A program made the position numbers and the translations under genes. Source: an uncultured Candidatus Saccharibacteria bacterium (lineage in GTDB: Bacteria > Patescibacteriota > Minisyncoccia > Minisyncoccales > GWA2-38-27). Taken from it: a DNA stretch of 53,111 nt. The notes under the pieces were generated by a model, which saw only the letters and a program-made list of their open reading frames with translations, did not search any database and had not been told where the DNA came from. Positions 17,425 through 27,345 of the stretch are shown in pieces. The stretch covers positions 1 to 53,111 of the forward strand of contig CAYZKD010000004.1 in the NCBI GenBank assembly GCA_964479375.1, in the 5' to 3' direction. Position 1 is the first letter of the stretch, and each line of letters begins with the position of its first letter.

Positions 17425-17993
17425 TGGCCGAAGAAAATAAAATACTAATCGCCATTGATAATGATTTCATTCGCGAGGCCTATTACGAGGTGCTAACAAA
17501 AGAGAATTTTTCAGTTCTGGAAACAAAAAACGGCAAAGAAGCCCTTAATCTTGTTAAAAAAGAAAAGCCAGATGTAGTGATGTTGGATGTTTTGCTTTCT
17601 GAGATGGGGGGGTTTGAAGTAATGAAAGCCATAAGGAAGAGCAAGGAGCTTTCCAGAACTCCTATTATAATTTTTACCCAACTGGAGAGGCGAGAAGACA
17701 AACTGAAAGCCATGGAGCTGGAGGCCAAAGACTTTGTTTCCGCGGCTAATGTTTCTCCAGTAGAAGTTATCAGGAGAATAAAGATTCTCCTCGGGGCCCA
17801 GAAGAGCTACACTATAGAGCCCAAGGAGACAGGGGGCCTGAAAGAACTAATAAAAGACTTAGGAAGGGGATCTCAACTGAAATGTCCCAAATGCGGAAGC
17901 AGCAAAAGGATTCATTTAATAAGGGATCTTTCTCGCGGGCGCAACGAGTTTATTCTCTCTTTTGTTTGCCCAAAGTGTGATTTAAAAAAGTAA
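17424..17993 (+). CDS. Orphan response regulator: receiver domain plus C-terminal CPKC...CPKC zinc ribbon
   Basis: DVVMLDV (phospho-Asp), IIIFTQ and EAKDFV. TAATG overlap with ackA. Confidence 0.75.
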   Translation: MAEENKILIAIDNDFIREAYYEVLTKENFSVLETKNGKEALNLVKKEKPDVVMLDVLLSEMGGFEVMKAIRKSKELSRTPIIIFTQLERREDKLKAMELEAKDFVSAANVSPVEVIRRIKILLGAQKSYTIEPKETGGLKELIKDLGRGSQLKCPKCGSSKRIHLIRDLSRGRNEFILSFVCPKCDLKK

Positions 17994-18026
17994 AGGTTAT
18001 TTAGAAAAGATTAAAGATGATTACCT

Positions 18027-20405
18027 ATGAGCAATTATATACTTTGGCTTAAAGAAGTTAATTTCGAGAGTGTTCCTGAGGTGGGCGGGAAAAACGCCTC
18101 TTTAGGTGAGATGTACGGAGCGCTTTCTAAGAAAGGGGTTAACGTTCCAGAAGGCTTTGCTTTAACCACTAAGGCCTATTGGCATTTCTTAAAAGAAAAT
18201 AATCTGGATAGAAAGTTAAGGGATCTTTTCAAAGAGTACAATCCCAAAAGCATAAAAAGCCTTCAGGAAACAGGCAAGAAGACAAGGAAATTGATACTTA
18301 ACTCCCACTTTCCCAAGGATTTAGAAAAAGAGATTATTGCAGCTTATAAGGAATTGAGCAAAAGATATGGAAAGAGTCCTGACGTAGCAGTAAGGTCCTC
18401 CGGGGTAGTTGAGGATATGCCAGATGCCTCCTTTGCCGGACAGTTTGAAACCTTTTTGAATGTAAAAGGCGAGGAAAAATTATTAAAGACTATCAGGGAG
18501 TGTTTTGCCTCCACCTTTAACGACAGGGTTATTTCTTATCGGGATGGAAAAGGGATAGACCATTTGAAGTTTGCTCTTTCTGTCGGTATTTTAAAAATGG
18601 TCAGGTCAGACCTCGCTTCTTCTGGGATAATGTTTACTCTGGACACAGAAACCGGATTTCCCAATGTCATCTTGATAAACTCTATCTGGGGGATAGGGGA
18701 AATGATAGTCCAGGGAAAGATCACTCCTGATGAATTCTATGTATTCAAACCTACCTTAGAGAAAAACTTCAAGCCTATAATTGTTAAAAACCTAGGCAGG
18801 AAAAACCGGATGTATGAGTATGCTTCCAAGGGAGGACTTAAAGAAACCAAAGTAAAAGAAGCAAAGCGATTAAAATTCTCTTTAACAGACGAAGAAATTT
18901 TAACATTGGCCCGCTGGGCGAAATTGATCGAAGATCATTATTCCAAGAAGTTTAATAAGTGGATGCCCCAGGACATAGAATGGGCCAAAGATGGAAAAAC
19001 CGGAGAACTCTTTATCGTTCAATCCAGGCCTGAGACAGTTCACGCCGCTCTTAAGAAAAACACTTACAGAGAGTATACTATTAAAGCTCCCCAAAAGCCT
19101 GTTTTGAATGGGATAGCGGTAGGGGATAAAATCGCCACGGGAAAAGTGAGAATTATCCCCGGCGTTCCCCAGATGAGCAAATTCAAGAAAGGAGAGGTGC
19201 TGGTTACTCAGATGACAGATCCTGACTGGGTACCCATAATGAGAAAATCTTCAGCCATTATCACAGATGAAGGAGGAAAGACTTGCCACGCCTCTATTGT
19301 AGCCAGAGAATTGGGTATTCCTGCTATTGTAGGCACAGGTAAGGCTACGCAGGATTTGAAAACAGGGGATGTAGTAACAGTTGACTGCACCCAGGGTAGA
19401 AGCGGGAGAATTTTTAAGGGAAGGGTGCCCTTTAAGGTGAAAGAGCATAACCTTAAAAAAGTTCCAGATCTAAAGACCAAGATAATGATGAACGTAGGGG
19501 CTCCTGAGGCCGCTTTTAGATTTGCCTCCCTTCCCGTAGAGGGAGTCGGTTTGGCCAGAGAAGAATTCATAATCGCAGAAAAGATCAAAGTTCATCCCTT
19601 GGCTCTCTACCATTTTGATAATTTAAAAGACAAGAGAGTCAAAAAAAGGATAAGGGACGAGACCATAGAGCATAAAGACAAGAGAAAATTCTTTGTCAAA
19701 GAATTAGCAGAAGGCGTAGCTCAAATCGCCTCCTCTGTTTACCCCAAAGAGGCTATAGTAAGATTTTCGGACTTTAAGAGCAACGAATACAAAAATCTCA
19801 TCGGAGGAGAATTGTTTGAAAAAGAAGAAACGAATCCCATGCTCGGATTTAGAGGCGCCTCCCGTTACATCAGTGAAGAATTCAGACCTGCTTTTGAAAT
19901 GGAATGCCGGGCAATAAAACGAGCAAGGGAGATATTTGGATTAAAAAACATCAATGTGATGGTGCCTTTCTGCAGAACCACGGAAGAAGGAGAGAAGACC
20001 TTAAAGATAATGAAGAAGCAGGGACTGCCAAGGGGAAAGGATTTGAATGTTTATGTTATGTGCGAGATTCCCTCCAATGTTATCTTAATAGACGAGTTTT
20101 TGAAAATATTTGACGGAGTAAGCATAGGATCTAATGACCTAACCCAGCTTGCCTTGGGTTTGGACAGAGACAATGGAAGAATATCTTATGTTGGAGACGA
20201 AAGAGATCCTGCAGTCAAGAAAATGATAAGCAAAACAATCAGTTTCTGCAACTCAAAGGGAAAGTATTGCGGTATCTGTGGAGACGCTCCCTCTTCTCTG
20301 CCTTCTTTTGCCAGGTTCTTGGTGAAAGAGGGGATTCCTTCTATGTCCTTATCTCCTGACGCTGTCATGAAAACAATTCTAATTTTGAGCAACAAAAATG
20401 TTTGA
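18027..20405 (+). CDS. ppsA: Phosphoenolpyruvate synthase (pyruvate, water dikinase)
   Basis: GGKNASLGEM, GGKTCHASIVARELGIPA, 792 aa. Confidence 0.9.
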   Translation: MSNYILWLKEVNFESVPEVGGKNASLGEMYGALSKKGVNVPEGFALTTKAYWHFLKENNLDRKLRDLFKEYNPKSIKSLQETGKKTRKLILNSHFPKDLEKEIIAAYKELSKRYGKSPDVAVRSSGVVEDMPDASFAGQFETFLNVKGEEKLLKTIRECFASTFNDRVISYRDGKGIDHLKFALSVGILKMVRSDLASSGIMFTLDTETGFPNVILINSIWGIGEMIVQGKITPDEFYVFKPTLEKNFKPIIVKNLGRKNRMYEYASKGGLKETKVKEAKRLKFSLTDEEILTLARWAKLIEDHYSKKFNKWMPQDIEWAKDGKTGELFIVQSRPETVHAALKKNTYREYTIKAPQKPVLNGIAVGDKIATGKVRIIPGVPQMSKFKKGEVLVTQMTDPDWVPIMRKSSAIITDEGGKTCHASIVARELGIPAIVGTGKATQDLKTGDVVTVDCTQGRSGRIFKGRVPFKVKEHNLKKVPDLKTKIMMNVGAPEAAFRFASLPVEGVGLAREEFIIAEKIKVHPLALYHFDNLKDKRVKKRIRDETIEHKDKRKFFVKELAEGVAQIASSVYPKEAIVRFSDFKSNEYKNLIGGELFEKEETNPMLGFRGASRYISEEFRPAFEMECRAIKRAREIFGLKNINVMVPFCRTTEEGEKTLKIMKKQGLPRGKDLNVYVMCEIPSNVILIDEFLKIFDGVSIGSNDLTQLALGLDRDNGRISYVGDERDPAVKKMISKTISFCNSKGKYCGICGDAPSSLPSFARFLVKEGIPSMSLSPDAVMKTILILSNKNV

Positions 20406-21381
20406 TGTAATTACCTTTGGTTCTGTCGCTTGGGATATATTTCTGACGCCGGAAAAGTTTGAGATCTTGAAGGACAAAAAATTCTCCACCAAAAAGGGGC
20501 TTTGTTTTGACTTCGCCTCTAAAGTGGAAGCCGGAGATATCTCTTTCGCCTCGGGCGGAGGAGGATCTAATTCCGCTGTTACTTTTTCCAAGCAAGGATT
20601 TAAAGTTGCCTATTGCGGCAGGATAGGAAGAGACAAGGCCGGTCAGGAGATTATAGAAGAGATAGAAAAAATGGGGGTCAATTGCCAGTTTGTTTTAAAA
20701 ACCAAAAAGGCGCCCACTAATCACTCTGTTATTTTAAATGTTCCCGGGAAAGACAGAACAATTATTGTTTACAGAGGCGCCTCAGGATTTTTGTCAAAAG
20801 AGGATCTTCCTTGGGCTAAACTAAAAGCAAGCTGGTTTTACCTTGCTCCGTTTTCCGGAGAGTTGGCTAAGATGAGCAGGATACTAGTAGATTTTGCCAG
20901 AGAAAGCGGCATTAAAGTTCTCTTGAATCCGAGTCGCACTCAGCTTTCTATGAGAAAGTTACTCTTAAAGAAGATTATAGCAAAAAGCGATATTCTTCTG
21001 TTAAACCAAGCAGAGGCCTCAGAGCTGACTAAAATACCTTATGAAAAGGAGGAGAAGATATTCAGAAAACTGGACAAGGTGTGTCCCGGGATCGTCATAA
21101 TGACAAAAGGAAAGAGGGGGGTGTCAGTTTCTGACGGAAATAATTTCTACGGGGCAGGATCCATCAAAACCAAAGTTGTTGATAAAACCGGAGCAGGAGA
21201 TGCTTTCGGATCCGGTTTTCTCTCGGGCTTTATTAAATCCGAGGGGAGTATTGAATATGCTATCCAATCAGGCACAGCCAATGCTTCAAGGTGCCTGAAA
21301 GAAAAAGGGGCCAAGTATGGCCTGCTGGCCAGAGGAGAGAACTTCGAAAAGGTTAAGGTTAAAAAGAAAAAACTAAAATGA
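20398..21381 (+). CDS. PfkB-family sugar/sugar-phosphate kinase
   Basis: GGGGSNSA and DKTGAGDAFGSGF. Confidence 0.8.
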   Translation: MFDVITFGSVAWDIFLTPEKFEILKDKKFSTKKGLCFDFASKVEAGDISFASGGGGSNSAVTFSKQGFKVAYCGRIGRDKAGQEIIEEIEKMGVNCQFVLKTKKAPTNHSVILNVPGKDRTIIVYRGASGFLSKEDLPWAKLKASWFYLAPFSGELAKMSRILVDFARESGIKVLLNPSRTQLSMRKLLLKKIIAKSDILLLNQAEASELTKIPYEKEEKIFRKLDKVCPGIVIMTKGKRGVSVSDGNNFYGAGSIKTKVVDKTGAGDAFGSGFLSGFIKSEGSIEYAIQSGTANASRCLKEKGAKYGLLARGENFEKVKVKKKKLK

Positions 21382-22223
21382 CATTAAAAAGTTACCTTAA
21401 AAAAGCCCAGAGAGAAGAATGGGCCATAGGCCAGTTTAATTTTTGTACTCTGGAACAGTTGAGAGGAATACTGACTGCAGCCAAGAAAATGAAAAGCCCT
21501 GTGATTTTGGGCACCTCGGAGGGGGAAAGCAGATACATGGGCCTCAAGGAGGTGGTGGCCTTGACAGAGATTTCCAAAATGAAATACGGGGTAGAGGCCT
21601 TTTTAAATATTGATCATGGTACCGAATCGTCTTGGCTTAGAGAAGCCATAAAATTGGGATATTCTGCTGTCCATTATGATGGTTCATCCCTTTCTTTTAA
21701 GAAGAACAAAGAGAACGCTAAAAAGATAGTATCTTTTGCTCACAAAAAAAGGGTTTTAGTGGAGGGGGAAATAAGCGCCTTTGGAGGAGATTCCTCTTTT
21801 AAGAAGAAAAAAATCGAGATTAAAGAAAAAGACCTAACATCTCCTGAGGAGGCGGCTTCTTTTGTCAAAGAAACAGGAGTGGACAGTTTAGCTCCCGTCA
21901 TTGGCAATGTGCACGGAGTTTACAAGCAAATGCCTAAACTTGATTTACTCCGTTTGGCGAGAATAAATAAGTTAACCGATTGTTTCCTGGTTTTGCATGG
22001 AGGATCCGGTCTTTCCAAAAAAGAACTGCAGAATGCAATAAAAAAAGGAGTGGTGAAGGTTAATTTCAACACAGAACTGAGAAGGGCTTGGAAAACAGCA
22101 ATATCGGAAGAGATAAAAGCGAAGACCTTAAAGCCCTACAGTATTCTTCCCGCAGTCCAAGAGGCTGTACAGAAAAAGGTCGAAGAAAAAATAAAGACAC
22201 TTGGCAGTTTTAATAAAATATAG
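21378..22223 (+). CDS. fba: Class II fructose-bisphosphate aldolase
   Basis: WAIGQFN, LNIDHG and LVLHGGSG. Confidence 0.85.
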   Translation: MTLKSYLKKAQREEWAIGQFNFCTLEQLRGILTAAKKMKSPVILGTSEGESRYMGLKEVVALTEISKMKYGVEAFLNIDHGTESSWLREAIKLGYSAVHYDGSSLSFKKNKENAKKIVSFAHKKRVLVEGEISAFGGDSSFKKKKIEIKEKDLTSPEEAASFVKETGVDSLAPVIGNVHGVYKQMPKLDLLRLARINKLTDCFLVLHGGSGLSKKELQNAIKKGVVKVNFNTELRRAWKTAISEEIKAKTLKPYSILPAVQEAVQKKVEEKIKTLGSFNKI

Positions 22224-22240
22224 TATATTGATTTAAGAAA

Positions 22241-22696
22241 ATGGCTTCTCAAAAATCCACCATATTATTTGCTCTCGTCCTGGTAGGACTTATTGTGTTG
22301 ATATTAGTCCTTGGCATGAGCAAAGAAAACTCTGTTTCAGAGGAGATAGATGTGAAAGTTGTTACGGACAAAGAAGAGTATGTGGGCGGGAAGGATATAC
22401 TGAAGGTCAAGATAGAGAATATCTCTCAGGAGAGGATTTGTTTTTCTTCCTGCATACCCTTTTATTTAAAAAAGAAAGATGACGGGTATAAAGGGTTTGA
22501 TTATAATGAGTGTTCTCGGGAGGATATAGCGGAGAAGTGTATTGATCCCGCGGAGGTTAAGGCCTTTGCAATAGATCTTCCTTCTGAAGTAAGAGGAGAA
22601 TATCTTTTAGCAATTCCGGCCTGTGTAGGATGCAATATTCGGCAGATCTTTAGGGAGGATCAGAAAATTTATTCTAACGAGTTTGTAATAAAGTAA
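22241..22696 (+). CDS. Membrane-anchored hypothetical protein
   Basis: N-terminal TM helix and Cys-containing ectodomain. No family recognised. Confidence 0.5.
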   Translation: MASQKSTILFALVLVGLIVLILVLGMSKENSVSEEIDVKVVTDKEEYVGGKDILKVKIENISQERICFSSCIPFYLKKKDDGYKGFDYNECSREDIAEKCIDPAEVKAFAIDLPSEVRGEYLLAIPACVGCNIRQIFREDQKIYSNEFVIK

Positions 22697-22748
22697 AAGA
22701 GCGATGTTGATTAATAATTGATTTGCATTTGCGAATTAATTTTGTAAT

Positions 22749-22967
22749 ATGAAAATTATTCAAGAACATGACAAATGTATTAGTTGCGGCGCCTGTACGA
22801 TTGCCTGCCCCTCTGGATGGGAAATAGGAGAGGGCGGCAAGGCTTACCCCAAAGGAGCAAAGTATAATTCAGAGAAAAAGGTTTATGAAAAGGAGGTTGG
22901 CGAAGCAGGCTGCAACGAGGCAGCAGCAGATAGTTGCCCGATAGATATTATTCATATAAAAGAATAA
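22749..22967 (+). CDS. Small 4Fe-4S ferredoxin
   Basis: CISCGACTIACP ... a distal Cys followed by Pro (SCP). Confidence 0.7.
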   Translation: MKIIQEHDKCISCGACTIACPSGWEIGEGGKAYPKGAKYNSEKKVYEKEVGEAGCNEAAADSCPIDIIHIKE

Positions 22968-22969
22968 AA

Positions 22970-23656
22970 ATGTTAACTCTGACAGCGAGAAAAAGAGAAA
23001 AAGGAAATCCTGACAGTCTTCGTAATAAAGGCGTGCTTCCCGCTGTAATATACGGACCAAAAGTGAAACCCCAGCCCATTCAGGTTGATTTCAAGAATTT
23101 TTTAGAGGTCTATGAAAAGGCCGGGGAGAGTACTCTTATCTCCCTGGACTTGGAGGGAGAGAAACACACTGTTTTGTTTTATGACATAAGCAAAGATTCC
23201 TTAAGCGGTAATCCTATACATGCTGACTTTTACCAGCCAATTTTGACAGAAAAGGTAGAAGCCACTGTTCCCGTGGTCTTTGAGGGCGAAGCCCCGGCTG
23301 TAAAAGATTTGGGAGGAACTCTTGTCGAGGAGATTCAGGAAGTCGAAGTTAAGGCGCTGCCTCAGAATCTGCCCCATGAGATAAAAGTGGATGTTAGTGC
23401 CCTGAGGACAATTGATGATGAAATATTGGTAAAGGATCTGAATATTTCTCAGGGCGTAGAAATCTTAAAAGAACCGGACGAGATTGTGGTTAATGTTCTT
23501 CCTCCTCAAGACGTTGAGAAGGAGTTGGAGCAACCAGTAGAAGAAGGAAAAGTTGAAGAGGTTGAGAAGGTTGGTGAAGAAGAGGGGGAAGAAGAATCTT
23601 CAGAGGAAACGCCGGGAGAAGAGCGGCCAGCAGAATCTGAAGAAGAGAAGAAATAA
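22970..23656 (+). CDS. rplY: 50S ribosomal protein L25/Ctc with acidic tail
   Basis: RNKGVLPAVIYG...PIHADFYQ. The ATG at 22970 is preferred over the upstream start, which overlaps the ferredoxin gene. Confidence 0.85.
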   Translation: MLTLTARKREKGNPDSLRNKGVLPAVIYGPKVKPQPIQVDFKNFLEVYEKAGESTLISLDLEGEKHTVLFYDISKDSLSGNPIHADFYQPILTEKVEATVPVVFEGEAPAVKDLGGTLVEEIQEVEVKALPQNLPHEIKVDVSALRTIDDEILVKDLNISQGVEILKEPDEIVVNVLPPQDVEKELEQPVEEGKVEEVEKVGEEEGEEESSEETPGEERPAESEEEKK

Positions 23657-23658
23657 TT

Positions 23659-25071
23659 ATGTCCGGCCGCGCTTTTGCATACATTGCGTCCCTGATTGTT
23701 TTGCCGGCTTTGTTATTGCCGGCTTTTGTTTTAAGCGAAAGTCTTTCTGAGACATGCCAGTTGGAAAAAATTGATAAAGAGTGCGAAGCCCTTTCTAAGG
23801 AAAAGTGCAGAGAATTATTGGAAAAGTGTGAAAAGTATTATCAACAGCAGAGCGCGGAAATAGAAGAAGATTTGGGAAGGACTAGCCAGGAGAAGAAAAA
23901 TCTTGAGAATGCAATCTACTCTTTAAGGCAGAAAATAAACAGCCTTGATTACCAAATTTACCAGAACAACCTCATTATCAAAGATTTGGGGATTCAGATT
24001 GGAGATACTACAGAATCGATAAAGAAAACCACTCAGGAAATTGCCAAGAAAAAAGAACAATTGGGCAATATTTTGAGATCTATTCATTACCAAAACAAAA
24101 AGTCTTCTATAGAGATTTTGTTAGCGGAAGAAAATCTCTCTAATTTTTTCGATGATCTTGTTTCTCTGGAGATGCTAAATAAGAAGAATAAAGAACTGTT
24201 GGACAGCATTAAAAATTTAAAATTTAGCCTTGAGGACAAAAAGGAAGAGTTGAATACAGAGAGAGGCGACTTGGAGAGGATGGTTCAGCTACAGCAGATA
24301 AAAAAGACAGAAAGCGCTGGAGCAAAGAGGCAGCAAGAACATTATCTAGCCATTACACAGCAAGAGTACCAGCAGCAGTTACGCGAGAAACAAGAAGTAC
24401 AGCAGAAAGCCTCAGAGATCAGGAACAGAATCTTTGAAATGGTCGGCGTACCCGAAGCCCCTACTTTCGGGGAGGCATATGAGATAGCCAAGCAGGTAGA
24501 AAACAGAACCGGCGTTAGGGCAGAACTTGTCCTTGCGGTGCTTACCCAAGAGTCAAATATCGGGAAAAACGTGGGCCAGTGCTATCTAAAAAATGAAATT
24601 ACAGGCAGCGGGGTCGTTGCTTATAACGGAAAGACGGTTGCTCGGGTGATGAAGCCCTCAAGAGATGTTGCTCCCTTTCTTTCCATTACTCGGGAATTGG
24701 GAAGAAATCCCTATGAAACCCCGGTTTCCTGTCCCATGAGTTACGGATACGGGGGCGCTATGGGTCCCGCTCAGTTTATCCCCTCTACTTGGATAGGGTA
24801 TAAAAGCAGAATCCAGTATCTGATTGGCAGACCGCCCGACCCTTGGAACATAAGGGATGCTTTTATGGCAGCTGCGGTTTATCTTTCAGATTCGGGAGCC
24901 ACCAACCACAGCTACAATAGCGAGTTTGGCGCCGTGTTGTCTTATTTCGCAGGCCCTAATTGGTACAACTCTTCTTATAAAGAAATCTACAAGAGAGATT
25001 ACGGCTATCCGGTAATGAGCATTGTAGACAGATATGAGTCAGATATCGCCCGTTTAGAGAGAGCGGGTTAG
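23659..25071 (+). CDS. Secreted coiled-coil protein with a C-terminal lytic-transglycosylase-like domain
   Basis: Signal/TM segment, about 230 aa of heptad-rich sequence, then LAVLTQESNIG...GAMGPAQF. Confidence 0.55.
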   Translation: MSGRAFAYIASLIVLPALLLPAFVLSESLSETCQLEKIDKECEALSKEKCRELLEKCEKYYQQQSAEIEEDLGRTSQEKKNLENAIYSLRQKINSLDYQIYQNNLIIKDLGIQIGDTTESIKKTTQEIAKKKEQLGNILRSIHYQNKKSSIEILLAEENLSNFFDDLVSLEMLNKKNKELLDSIKNLKFSLEDKKEELNTERGDLERMVQLQQIKKTESAGAKRQQEHYLAITQQEYQQQLREKQEVQQKASEIRNRIFEMVGVPEAPTFGEAYEIAKQVENRTGVRAELVLAVLTQESNIGKNVGQCYLKNEITGSGVVAYNGKTVARVMKPSRDVAPFLSITRELGRNPYETPVSCPMSYGYGGAMGPAQFIPSTWIGYKSRIQYLIGRPPDPWNIRDAFMAAAVYLSDSGATNHSYNSEFGAVLSYFAGPNWYNSSYKEIYKRDYGYPVMSIVDRYESDIARLERAG

Positions 25072-26120
25072 TCCTTTTGGAGACTCTTTTGAAGAGATGT
25101 TATTATGGGATCTAATCCGCCTTCCATTATCTGTTCTATGTTATGGAAGGTTTTTTGTATTCTGTGGTCTGTGATTCGGTCTTGGGAGAAATTATAAGTC
25201 CTAATTTTTTCTGATCTGCCAGCGCTTCCAATTTGGGCTTTTCTTTTTCCTCCTGTCTTTGATTCTGCCTCCCTTTTCTTTTTTTCGAGAATACGAGCGG
25301 ATAATATAGCCAGGGCACTCTCTTTATTTTGGAGTTGGTTCCTTTCTGTTTGAGAGCTCACTACAATTCCTGAGGGCAGGTGGGTAATTCTAATGGCGGT
25401 CTCTCTTTTGTTTACATTCTGTCCGCCGGGGCCCGAGGCCTTGTAGTGGCCTACTTCTATTTCATCTGGCCTAATGGTTACTTCCTGTGACTTGGCCTTT
25501 GGGAGCACCGCCACGCTGGCAGTAGAAGTGTGGACTCTGCCCGACTTTTCAGTTTCAGGCACTCTTTGGACCCTGTGGACTCCTCCTTCATATTTCATCT
25601 TGGGAAAAGCCCCTTTATCTTTTATTTCGAGAACTACTTCTTTGTATCCCCCCAGTTCTGTGGGCGTAGCATTTAATACTTTTTGGGTCCATCCCTGGTT
25701 TTCTGCATATCGGGTATACATTCTAAAAAGATTTCCCACGAACAGGGCCGCTTCGTCTCCTCCTGCTCCTGCTCTTATTTCCACAATAATAGCATCGGGA
25801 CTTGAGGCACTCCCTCCTTTTTCTTTTAAAACAGAGTGAATTTTATTCTTTAGTGATTTTTCCTTTTCTCCGAGAGCCGTTAGTTCTTCTTCGGCTAAAG
25901 ATACAATATCTGAGGATTCTTTTGAATTAATAATTTTCTGGGTTTCTTCTATTTGTTTCTGGACTTGTTCTAAGTTTCTTATCTTTTCAATTATGGGAGT
26001 TAGATCTTTCTGTTTTTTTGCTAATTCCTCTAGTTTTTTCCTATCTGAAATCACCTCTGGCTGGCTGAGTTTTTCTATAACCCGGCCATACTCTCGCTTG
26101 ATAAGTTCCAAATTAACCAT
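25068..26120 (-). CDS. prfA: Peptide chain release factor 1
   Basis: PxT-type motif (RVPETE), GGQ (SGPGGQNVNK). Confidence 0.9.
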   Translation of the reverse strand: MVNLELIKREYGRVIEKLSQPEVISDRKKLEELAKKQKDLTPIIEKIRNLEQVQKQIEETQKIINSKESSDIVSLAEEELTALGEKEKSLKNKIHSVLKEKGGSASSPDAIIVEIRAGAGGDEAALFVGNLFRMYTRYAENQGWTQKVLNATPTELGGYKEVVLEIKDKGAFPKMKYEGGVHRVQRVPETEKSGRVHTSTASVAVLPKAKSQEVTIRPDEIEVGHYKASGPGGQNVNKRETAIRITHLPSGIVVSSQTERNQLQNKESALAILSARILEKKKREAESKTGGKRKAQIGSAGRSEKIRTYNFSQDRITDHRIQKTFHNIEQIMEGGLDPIITSLQKSLQKD

Positions 26121-26164
26121 AACTAAAACTCAGTTACTTTTTGTGAACTGGGATTAAAAACAAG

Positions 26165-26377
26165 TTACTTTTTTCGGGCCTTTTTCATCCTTTCTTTGAA
26201 TTTTTCTACTCTTCCCATGGTATCAATAATTTTCTTTTTTCCCGTATAGAAAGGATGACACTTGGAACAGATTTCTGTTTCCGTAAATTCTTTAGTGGAG
26301 CCTACCGTGAAAGAATTTCCGCAAGCGCATTGAACTTTGCCTTTTTTGTAGTATTTGGGGTGTATATCTTTTTTCAT
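26165..26377 (-). CDS. rpmE: 50S ribosomal protein L31
   Basis: [10 protein letters not shown]...[11 protein letters not shown]. Confidence 0.9.
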   Translation of the reverse strand: MKKDIHPKYYKKGKVQCACGNSFTVGSTKEFTETEICSKCHPFYTGKKKIIDTMGRVEKFKERMKKARKK

Positions 26378-26493
26378 ATTCTTGTATTTGATGATACAGA
26401 TGTTATAATATCATCTTTCACAAAATAATCAAGGAGCCCCTGTCCAGATTCAGAAACATTATGATACATCTAAAATCTTGTAAAATGTTTTCC

Positions 26494-26548
26494 GCGGAGT
26501 CCCGTCCTCCGCCAGATTATTGTGGGAGGCCCGTCCTCCCACATTTTT
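26494..26548. repeat. R1 core in inverted orientation: two tandem hairpins
   Basis: GCGGAG-tcccgtc-CTCCGC, then GTGGGAGG-cccgt-CCTCCCAC followed by ATTTTT. 26519-26547 is the reverse complement of the A/B core. Confidence 0.7.
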
Positions 26549-26624
26549 CCGGATACTATCATATGAACCAGCGCAACCCCTTGATTGTCTCAGTTAAAAA
26601 TGTTATATTCTATACTATAGAAAT

Positions 26625-27344
26625 ATGACAACAACCAAAAAAGATACCAAAAAAGATACTGAAAAAAATGTCTTAGAAGAAATGGCCGAGGCTGGCTTGC
26701 ACTTGGGCCACAAAACTTCAAAAGTTCATCCTAACATGAAGCCCTACATCTATGGGATGAGAAACTACATTCATATCATTGACTTGGAAAAAACCCAGGA
26801 GAAAATGGAGGAAGCCCTGAGTTTTATCAAAAAGGTAGTGGCAGAAGGAGGGAAGATTCTTTTTGTGGGCACTAAATTTCAGTTAAAAAACATTGTCAAG
26901 GAGACAGCCCGAGAATGCGAATCCCCGCACATTACAGAGAGATGGCTCGGGGGGACTTTTACAAACTTTTCTACTATTAAAAAGAGAATAGATTATTTTA
27001 AGGATTTGAGAGAGAAGAGAAAGAAAGGGGAGCTGGAGAAGTATACAAAAAAAGAAAGAGCGGACATTGATAAAGAAATAGCAGATTTGGAGATAAAGTT
27101 TGGGGGACTGATTGATCTAGAGGGTCTTCCTTCTGCTGTTTTTGTGGCAGATACTGCCAACAATCTTTCTGCAGTGAAAGAGGCTAAAAAGAAAGGGGTG
27201 AAAGTGGTAGCAATCATAGATACCAACACAGATCCTACCCTTGTTGACTATCCTATACCCGCTAATGACGACGCTATAAGTTCTGTAAAATATATTTCAG
27301 AAAAGATTAAAAATGCAATTCTTAAGTCAAAATCTAAAAAGTAA
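26625..27344 (+). CDS. rpsB: 30S ribosomal protein S2
   Basis: AGLHLGHKTSKVHPNM and ITERWLGGTFTN. Confidence 0.92.
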   Translation: MTTTKKDTKKDTEKNVLEEMAEAGLHLGHKTSKVHPNMKPYIYGMRNYIHIIDLEKTQEKMEEALSFIKKVVAEGGKILFVGTKFQLKNIVKETARECESPHITERWLGGTFTNFSTIKKRIDYFKDLREKRKKGELEKYTKKERADIDKEIADLEIKFGGLIDLEGLPSAVFVADTANNLSAVKEAKKKGVKVVAIIDTNTDPTLVDYPIPANDDAISSVKYISEKIKNAILKSKSKK

Positions 27345-27345
27345 T

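Noticed and set aside
25068-26120. Alternative genetic code (UGA recoding), as in some CPR lineages
   Set aside because: TGA terminates several well-defined genes here (for example galU at 7821-7823 and the WG-repeat gene). All conserved proteins are full length under code 11.
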